In this document: positions 16,442 to 22,827 of the stretch, one piece after another
Layout: every line of letters starts with the position of its first letter
Position numbering within the stretch: position 1 is the stretch's first letter
DNA from: Candidatus Hodarchaeota archaeon
Lineage (GTDB): Archaea > Asgardarchaeota > Heimdallarchaeia > Hodarchaeales > Hodarchaeaceae
Reading direction: 5' to 3'
DNA length: 22,827 nucleotides
NCBI GenBank assembly: GCA_016839815.1
Contig: JAEOTM010000049.1
Coordinates: 1-22,827, forward strand
Notes under the pieces: generated by a model
Database searches by the model: none
What the model saw: the letters and a program-made list of their open reading frames with translations, nothing else
Told to the model about the DNA's origin: nothing
Translations under genes and position numbers: made by a program

Positions 16442-17371
16442 ATGTTCTGGAAAAAAAAGGAACCATCTGATAGAAGACTTGATTCCATTGAGAAACAAAT
16501 CGAAAGTACAGCCTCACGATTAAGTGATCTTTCACAAAATCTTGAGCAGCGTCTAGTTGATGCACGGTCACAGAGTAAGAAGGAAGTAACTACGACTTTC
16601 GATGAACTCCGAGCATCATTAGAATCATTAAGTTTAGAACTCAACAATCAAACGCTTGATTTATCCCAACGGGTGGACAAGTTAGACACGAATTCTAGTA
16701 ACTGGGCTTTTGCTATTAATGAACAGGTAGAAGAATTTCGTAAGAAGTATGTGGATGTACTTGAAGAGCTAAGGCAAACATCAGCAATTGCAGTCGAGAA
16801 AGAGAAAATTATGACTGAAAGATATGAGGAGCTAGTAAAACAACTAAAAGAAAAAGAAGCACTAGCTATAGAAAAAGAATCTCTTTCACAACGTCATATT
16901 GAATCACTTCAAAGCGAAAATCAAAATAAAACGGAGGAAGTAGAGAAAATCAAAGCGAAGTTAGATGAACTGGAAAATACACTCGTTTCTCGTGATAAGA
17001 AAATAGAGGAATTACTGGCTCGGAAAGAGGAAGCTATGGAACTCGAACATCGTGTGAAGCAGCTCAGTGAGGAGACAGAAATGCAGAAATACGAGCTAGA
17101 ACGAGCTCAAACTAAGATTCAAGCAATGTCCACTGATACTCGAGAAACTTTAAGTGAAAATAAAGTAATCGGACAATTTTTAGGTGAAACAGAATCGGGA
17201 CGTATCCTTAAACATCTAATAAGCTTAGAACAAGTGACAGTTGATGAATTATCTTCGATGACTGGAATAGCAACATTTACTGTTCAGCAAATCGTGCAGC
17301 ATTTTCGAGATGTTGGAATGGTAAGCTTTGATGAAGGAACACGCCGAGTTAGATTATCTGAAAAATACTAA
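16442..17371 (+). CDS. Long coiled-coil protein with a C-terminal winged-helix domain
   Basis: About 230 aa of E/K/L/Q-rich heptads, followed by GRILKHL...VTVDELSSMTGIATFTVQQIVQHFRDVGMVSFD...VRL (wHTH pattern). N-terminal MFWKKK. Confidence 0.78.
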   Translation: MFWKKKEPSDRRLDSIEKQIESTASRLSDLSQNLEQRLVDARSQSKKEVTTTFDELRASLESLSLELNNQTLDLSQRVDKLDTNSSNWAFAINEQVEEFRKKYVDVLEELRQTSAIAVEKEKIMTERYEELVKQLKEKEALAIEKESLSQRHIESLQSENQNKTEEVEKIKAKLDELENTLVSRDKKIEELLARKEEAMELEHRVKQLSEETEMQKYELERAQTKIQAMSTDTRETLSENKVIGQFLGETESGRILKHLISLEQVTVDELSSMTGIATFTVQQIVQHFRDVGMVSFDEGTRRVRLSEKY

Positions 17372-17385
17372 AGTAAGATGAAAGT

Positions 17386-17919
17386 ATGGAAGTTAATATT
17401 AAGAATTCAAAAATTTGTTTAATACATGGAGATATCACTCTAGAAGAAACAGATGCAATTGTAAATGCAGCGAATACATCATTAAGAGGTGGGGGTGGGG
17501 TAGATGGGGCTATTCATCGAGTGGGAGGACCATCAATTCTAGAAGAATGTGTCGAGAAATATCCCAATGGCTGTAAAACAGGTGAAGCGAAGATCACACG
17601 GGGAGGATTACTACAAGCCATGTGGGTGGTCCATACACCTGGTCCGATTTGGAGAGGAGGAAACCAGAATGAAGAAGAACTGCTTAGAAGCTCCTATCGA
17701 AATTCATTTCAACAAGCTGAAATCGTCGGTGCCACCTCAATATCTTTTCCATCAATTTCAACAGGGATCTATGGATATCCTATTCATAAGGCAGCTCCTC
17801 TCGCAATACAAACAATTGTAGAATGTTTACCTAGTTATAGTATTAGGGAAGTACATTTTGTACTCTTCAGCACACGAGACTTCCAAATATATACCAAAGC
17901 TTTAACCAAATTCCTATAG
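17386..17919 (+). CDS. MacroD-type macrodomain protein (O-acetyl-ADP-ribose deacetylase / mono-ADP-ribosylhydrolase, YmdB-like)
   Basis: GDIT, DAIVNAAN, GGGGVDGAIH, VHTPGP and FPSISTGIYGYP are all canonical. Confidence 0.95.
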   Translation: MEVNIKNSKICLIHGDITLEETDAIVNAANTSLRGGGGVDGAIHRVGGPSILEECVEKYPNGCKTGEAKITRGGLLQAMWVVHTPGPIWRGGNQNEEELLRSSYRNSFQQAEIVGATSISFPSISTGIYGYPIHKAAPLAIQTIVECLPSYSIREVHFVLFSTRDFQIYTKALTKFL

Positions 17920-17974
17920 AAAGCGTCATATGGAACATAATAAATAATTATATTTTGAACTTGTAGTGAGACAA

Positions 17975-18124
17975 ATGTCAGGAAATATAGGATTATATGC
18001 ACAATCAGAGATGTACGATCAACTGTTTTTTCTGATCAGTGGATTCATCTTGCTTCTTGCAGCAATGATATATTACTTCTATTTACGCCCAAAGATATTT
18101 GCACGATTGTCAAGAGAAGAGTAA
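17975..18124 (+). CDS. 49-aa single-pass membrane microprotein (below the ORF-track cutoff)
   Basis: MSGNIGLYAQSEMYDQLFFLISGFILLLAAMIYYFYLRPKIFARLSREE*. One clean TM followed by basic residues (positive-inside rule); GTGAG just upstream of the ATG. Confidence 0.6.
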   Translation: MSGNIGLYAQSEMYDQLFFLISGFILLLAAMIYYFYLRPKIFARLSREE

Positions 18125-18344
18125 TGAACTGGCAGAAGGTAAACTTTTAAAAATTCGTCACTAATCGTCGCAACTACGGTTGGAAACTTAATGACAAGTA
18201 AGAATATCGATTCTTGTGTTATTTTTAATGCACTTGTCACTCCAGCTACCGTGATGCTCTAAGCACAGTGAAGAGCCTTTAGAAATTCCAACCCACCTGA
18301 ATTATTCTTGTCATTGCTCTGAAGCTTCTTCGATGATTTCATTT

Positions 18345-18364
18345 ATATCAGTTATATCTGATAT
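18345..18364. promoter_or_regulatory. Inverted repeat ATATCAG-n6-CTGATAT upstream of the MFS gene; candidate operator
   Basis: Perfect 7-bp arms, about 15 nt upstream of a TATA-like TTTTTTAAA near 18380-18388. Confidence 0.4.
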
Positions 18365-18438
18365 TTCAGTTCCTCAAAGTTTTTTAAAGTAATTATAGCA
18401 TAAATGGTGTATAGAATGATGCGGAAATATAAAATGAA

Positions 18439-19692
18439 GTGAACAAGATGCTAAGTGACAGAAATCATCTTGAACAACATGAAGGTTTATCTCAAGAACA
18501 GTTTGATCGAAATATACGTATCTTCCAAATTACAGGGATCGATGTAACAGTATTATTGGTTCCTGTTTTAGCATTGGTGTGGATTCAGGCTGGTTTAACC
18601 TTTAGTGAGATCTTGGTATTACAGGGTATCTTTATGATCCCAATTTTACTTTTAGAGGTTCCAAGTGGGTCGTTTGCAGATTATTGGTCTCGAAAAGGAT
18701 GTACAGCGCTTTTTCATCTAATTTTCGGAGCTGGAATTTTTCTCTATGCAATTGGAGATACTTTCCTTATGTTTGCATTTGCAGAACTCTTAGCAGGGAT
18801 AGGAATCACCTTTAAAACAGGTAGTGATACTGCCCTGATCTATGATTCGCTATTGACAAGGGAAAACAATCCAAATGGGTATTTTGGAAAGCTAGTATCG
18901 AATAGGATGACACTGATGTTTGGTGCCAGCGCAGTCGGTGCAGTCCTTGGGGGTATTGTAGCAACTCTAACCATCTTGAAACTACCCATTTTCTTAACTT
19001 TCCTAGGTCATATGGGATTTGCTCTAATGGTTACATTTGGGTATACAGAACCTCCACGTATTCAAGCCAAATCACCCAAAGCAGCAATTAAAACAGCTAT
19101 TAATTCATTAACAGTGAAAAAAGAACTCCAACTAGTTCTAATAGTTATGATTGCGGGAATGGTATTCTCTAGTATCGGTTTTTGGGCTTCACAACATGCG
19201 TTCATAAACGATTATGCTGTCAATGCATTAGGAATGGGTTTCATTATCGCACTCTTCAATCTTACAGCAGGAGTAAGTTCCTTAGCTCTGAGAACTAAGA
19301 TTTCTCAACTAGCGAACTTTCCAATACTGTTCCTCTTAATCCTGATTGATGGAATATACCTCTTTGGTCTGATGGCTGGATCATCACTTCTTGGAATGGT
19401 TTTTCTATCATTATTTGGCCAGATAACTAGGGGTTCAAGAACTCCTCTAACTCAGGCGATTGTTCAGGACCAAATTACATCAATGGAGCGAGCAACGTTT
19501 TCCTCGTTGATCTCTTTAGTTGGATCGGCCTTGTATTTCGTATTTTCCACCATGATTAACTTCTTTGCACTTTCCAGACGGAATGCATTAATCATAGGTG
19601 TTATGGGAATAATAGTTTGTATCTTGGTATACCTAATACTGAATTTCAAGAGAATTCACTTGAAGAAGCCAATATCAAGTGTAATTCAATGA
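18439..19692 (+). CDS. Major facilitator superfamily transporter
   Basis: LLEVPSGSFADYWSRK (MFS motif A variant), GSDTALIYDSL, ERATFSS, and about 12 hydrophobic segments. Confidence 0.9.
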   Translation: MNKMLSDRNHLEQHEGLSQEQFDRNIRIFQITGIDVTVLLVPVLALVWIQAGLTFSEILVLQGIFMIPILLLEVPSGSFADYWSRKGCTALFHLIFGAGIFLYAIGDTFLMFAFAELLAGIGITFKTGSDTALIYDSLLTRENNPNGYFGKLVSNRMTLMFGASAVGAVLGGIVATLTILKLPIFLTFLGHMGFALMVTFGYTEPPRIQAKSPKAAIKTAINSLTVKKELQLVLIVMIAGMVFSSIGFWASQHAFINDYAVNALGMGFIIALFNLTAGVSSLALRTKISQLANFPILFLLILIDGIYLFGLMAGSSLLGMVFLSLFGQITRGSRTPLTQAIVQDQITSMERATFSSLISLVGSALYFVFSTMINFFALSRRNALIIGVMGIIVCILVYLILNFKRIHLKKPISSVIQ

Positions 19693-19708
19693 GATTCCCC
19701 TACTCCCC

Positions 19709-19725
19709 CTTTTTTTGAAAAAAAG
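19709..19725. terminator. Bidirectional terminator between the convergent MFS and acyl-CoA dehydrogenase genes
   Basis: Inverted repeat C-T7-G-A7-G gives a U7 tract on each strand in the 45-nt gap between the two stops. Confidence 0.65.
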
Positions 19726-19737
19726 AACTCCAGATGA

Positions 19738-20967
19738 TCATTCCGGGGCATAGTTTTTTGCCATTTCAGCACGAGAAATAACAATACGCTGGACCTCATT
19801 AGTACCTTCATAGATAGGAGTTATACGCGCATCACGATAGTAACGTTCGACATCATACTCTTTCACATACCCATAGCCACCATGCATTTGAATAGCTTCA
19901 TAGGTTACTTCTTGAGAAATCTCGGAACCATATAACTTAGCAATACTAGCATATTCTGCAAAATCTTGGTTTTTATCTTTCATACGCGCTGCAATTAAAT
20001 AGGCAATCCGTGCCGTGTGGATCTTCGTAAACATATCTGCCATCTTAAATTGAGTAACTTGAAAACTCTCAATTGGACGACCAAATTGTTTGCGAGATTT
20101 TACATAATTCACAGCTTTTCTGTAGGCAGCATCAGCAATTCCAACTCCTTGTGCACCAATTCCAATACGTGCTGCAGAAAGTTCATATAAGACCACACTG
20201 AAGCCTTTTCCCATTTTACCTAGGACATTCTCCTTGGGAATTACTACATCTTGAAGAGTTACTTCTCCAGTGGCATTGCCGTGTAAACCGAGTTTTTCCT
20301 CTATACGGGCGACCTTAAATCCAGGATTGTTCTCAGTGTCTAGAATAAAGGCTGTTAATCCTTTTGATTTCTGTTCTGGATCAGTGGATCCTAAAAATAG
20401 GTAGGTATCTGCAATCCCTGAATTAGAAATAAAGTTCTTGGACCCATTTACCAGAAAATGATCACCATTATCAACAACTTTTGTCTTTAGAGAACCAAGG
20501 TCTGATCCAGAACCAGGTTCAGTGAAAAGAAGACCTCCATACTTTTCTCCACGAGCGAGTTTTGGTAAATACTGCTCTTTCGCTTCTTCTGTTCCAAAAT
20601 GCTCGATAACATCTGATGAGGAATTCTGAAGGCCAAATAATAAAGAAGTACTAGCATCTGCGCGTGAAAACCTCTCGTAACAGGCATTTACCAAAGCAAA
20701 TGAAAGACCGACTCCTTCATACTTCTCTGGGATCGCCAATCCCATTAAATCGCTTTCACCAAGCTTTTTTAGGATTTTATAGGCCTGTGGGGGATAAGTA
20801 ATTTTTCCAGTCTTATCATGACTGCACCCGATTTCATCCATTTCTTGAGCATAAGGTTCGATTTCTTTTTTACAAATTTCATCAACGAGATCTAGAATCA
20901 TCTCATTTTCTTCAGACTCTTCTTTTGTGAATCCTAAAGTGGATAATACTTGATATAAATCCTTCAT
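19738..20967 (-). CDS. Acyl-CoA dehydrogenase (SCAD/butyryl-CoA dehydrogenase-like)
   Basis: FTEPGSGSD, NGSKNFISN, EEKLGLHG, RIGIGAQGVG, RKQFGRPI, QMHGGYGY..EY.VERYYRDARI and IYEGTNEVQR. Confidence 0.95.
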   Translation of the reverse strand: MKDLYQVLSTLGFTKEESEENEMILDLVDEICKKEIEPYAQEMDEIGCSHDKTGKITYPPQAYKILKKLGESDLMGLAIPEKYEGVGLSFALVNACYERFSRADASTSLLFGLQNSSSDVIEHFGTEEAKEQYLPKLARGEKYGGLLFTEPGSGSDLGSLKTKVVDNGDHFLVNGSKNFISNSGIADTYLFLGSTDPEQKSKGLTAFILDTENNPGFKVARIEEKLGLHGNATGEVTLQDVVIPKENVLGKMGKGFSVVLYELSAARIGIGAQGVGIADAAYRKAVNYVKSRKQFGRPIESFQVTQFKMADMFTKIHTARIAYLIAARMKDKNQDFAEYASIAKLYGSEISQEVTYEAIQMHGGYGYVKEYDVERYYRDARITPIYEGTNEVQRIVISRAEMAKNYAPE

Positions 20968-21396
20968 TATATATTCACTTACTATTACTTAATTAAATCT
21001 AATAAAAAGTAGTTCTCCTATCGGGAGTCTATGTTTTTATTTCCTTTCCCTTTAGGAAAATATGTTAAATCGGCTCTTTCTGTGGATAAATAAAATTTTG
21101 GTATTAAAAAGTAGTTATTAATCATAAGTCATGAATCTGTTTCTCAATGCATCTTTTATTACCTAAGTCCCGTATGAATTATGAATGATTAATTGATGTG
21201 CTTTTATGGTATCCTTAGCATTTAGACGAGAGATTACTCGAAATAGGGCTTACAATTGGTATCTTACTGGTAATATGTATTTTTAGTTCACTCTTATTGA
21301 TATTTCTTACAAATCGATTTTTTTTATTTCCAGTTCCTTAAAATCAACTTTTAATAGTTCTACCTGCGGAACAGTCTAAGACAGAAGGAATCTTCT

Positions 21397-22827
21397 ATGA
21401 GTAATGCTAATTCCCCCAATGTTCCAGTTCACACCCAATCTGTTGATGATTTGAAAAAAAGGTTTGAAACGGATCTTCACCGTGGTTTAACTAGTAAAGA
21501 AGTATCACAACGCCTAGAAAAATATGGATATAATGAATTAATAGCTGCTGAGACAATTTCTCCCCTGAAAATCTTTCTCCTTCAATTCAAGGACTTTATG
21601 GTCTATTTACTGCTTGGAGCAGCGCTACTTTCAATTATTTTTAGTGAATGGATTGAAGCAGGAATTATAATCATTATTGTGATCTTGAATGCTATCCTGG
21701 GATTCATTCAGGAGTTTAGAGCGGAAGCTGCTTTAGAAAAACTCAAGGAACTAACAGGAGATGATACCCTAGTCATCCGTGACGGAATTGAAACGAGGAT
21801 TGACGTTCGTGAAATTGTCCCTGGTGACATCCTCTTATGTTATGAGGGAGAAACAATCGCTGCAGATGGCCGATTGTTTGAAGCAAGTCGTCTTCGTGTC
21901 GAGGAGGGTCTATTGACAGGAGAATCGGTTCCAGTCGATAAAGTAACAGCTACCTTTGAAGATGAAACAATTCCCATGGCGGATAGGACTAATTTAGTCT
22001 ATATGGGGACAACAACTGTCAAAGGAAGGGGAAAAGCAATTATTACGGGGACAGGTATGAATACCGAAATGGGGCATATAGCAAGATCAACTGTTGAAAC
22101 TGAAGAACAAGAAACCCCATTACAGATTCAGCTCGCTCAATTAGGTAAAATTTTAGGCGGAGTTGTATTATTAGTAGTTTTTATCGTTCTTATTGCTCAA
22201 ATCGCTCAAGTAGAAGAGACTTTTTTTGAAATGCTGGATGAAGCAATGCAACATGGAACGGGAGAGCTCATAGAAGTGATTGAAACAGCTCTCGCATTAG
22301 CAGTATCAGCTGTACCAGAGGGATTAGCCGCCGCAATCACATTAACTTTTGCGATAGGAGTTCAGCGCATGGCACGGAAGAACGCAGTTATCCGAAAACT
22401 TCCTGCAGTAGAAACTTTAGGTTCTGTTGAGGTAATTTGTTCAGATAAAACAGGCACCTTAACTCAAAATAAAATGACAGTACAAAAATTATGGACACCA
22501 CAAGTTGGTTATGTTGACATAACAGGTACAGGCTATCTTCCCAAAGGAAATTTTATTCAGGTTAAAGGTAATGAGAAGATAAATATAAAAGACCAACGTG
22601 ATATGTATCAATTACTAAAAGCTGGAGCATTATGTAATACAGCCACAGTGAATTATTCTCATGAAAAGAATCAATGGGATGTTGAGGGAGATCCCACTGA
22701 AGGCGCATTAATCGTTGTAGGGATGAAAGCTGCCCTACTTTCGAGCTGGGAAGAGGGATATATCCTCAAGGAAAACGGAGAGATATTCTTTGATTCAGAT
22801 AGAAAAAGAATGACCATGGTATTTAAC
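21397..22827 (+). CDS. P-type II (SERCA/SPCA-like, probably Ca2+) cation-transporting ATPase, 3'-truncated by the window edge
   Basis: Not in the ORF track (no stop inside the window). ATG at 21397 begins [15 protein letters not shown]. Motifs: [66 protein letters not shown], and phosphorylation site [13 protein letters not shown] (near 22438-22476), [16 protein letters not shown]. Confidence 0.95.
   Translation, partial: MSNANSPNVPVHTQSVDDLKKRFETDLHRGLTSKEVSQRLEKYGYNELIAAETISPLKIFLLQFKDFMVYLLLGAALLSIIFSEWIEAGIIIIIVILNAILGFIQEFRAEAALEKLKELTGDDTLVIRDGIETRIDVREIVPGDILLCYEGETIAADGRLFEASRLRVEEGLLTGESVPVDKVTATFEDETIPMADRTNLVYMGTTTVKGRGKAIITGTGMNTEMGHIARSTVETEEQETPLQIQLAQLGKILGGVVLLVVFIVLIAQIAQVEETFFEMLDEAMQHGTGELIEVIETALALAVSAVPEGLAAAITLTFAIGVQRMARKNAVIRKLPAVETLGSVEVICSDKTGTLTQNKMTVQKLWTPQVGYVDITGTGYLPKGNFIQVKGNEKINIKDQRDMYQLLKAGALCNTATVNYSHEKNQWDVEGDPTEGALIVVGMKAALLSSWEEGYILKENGEIFFDSDRKRMTMVFN

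Noticed and set aside
16442-17371. Firm call as ESCRT-III/CdvB or SMC
   Set aside because: There are no Walker motifs (not SMC), and the continuous coiled coil cannot be matched to the Snf7 core by eye. Kept only as a hypothesis.
18259-18342. Minus-strand 27-aa ORF MKSSKKLQSNDKNNSGGLEFLKALHCA
   Set aside because: Very short, with no distinguishing features or support.
2145-20687. Small ORF-track entries nested in or antisense to longer genes (2145, 2789, 3172, 5422, 5689, 6067, 7449, 10070, 11992, 12079, 12964, 14556, 15534, 16429, 17549, 19464, 20487)
   Set aside because: Each overlaps a longer, better-supported CDS wholly or largely and shows no recognisable motif of its own.
1-22827. CRISPR arrays, tRNA/rRNA genes, transposases/integrases, defence systems
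   Set aside because: I saw no regularly spaced repeats, GC-rich structural RNA segments or recombinase/nuclease motifs. The macrodomain is the canonical housekeeping MacroD type.

Overview
AT-rich, gene-dense prokaryotic DNA with no introns, oligo-T terminators and TATA-like promoters. The gene content suggests an archaeon, most likely Asgard (inference, mainly from an Arf/Rab-like small GTPase fused to a longin-like domain). I count about 22 CDS. Two run off the window edges and are absent from the ORF track: a >533-aa helical protein at <1..1599 (-) and a P-type II cation ATPase at 21397..>22827 (+). Recognisable genes: M3B oligoendopeptidase F, two acyl-CoA dehydrogenases with different catalytic-base positions, a DUF89/ARMT1-like phosphatase, a wHTH-membrane (Yip1-like) fusion, a ~1000-aa surface glycoprotein, a HAD hydrolase, a single-Cys LMW-PTP, a coupled glutaredoxin + ferredoxin:thioredoxin reductase catalytic subunit pair, a CxC thioredoxin-like protein, a PaaI thioesterase, a coiled-coil-wHTH protein, a macrodomain protein and an MFS transporter. 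I found no rRNA, tRNA, CRISPR array or mobile element. Best leads: (1) the longin-GTPase with a degenerate G3 motif next to the wHTH-Yip1/surface-protein locus; (2) a possible ferredoxin-driven thiol relay beside a single-Cys phosphatase; (3) two unannotated single-TM micro-ORFs, one directly upstream of the SERCA-like pump. All family calls come from motif recognition by eye; no searches were run.
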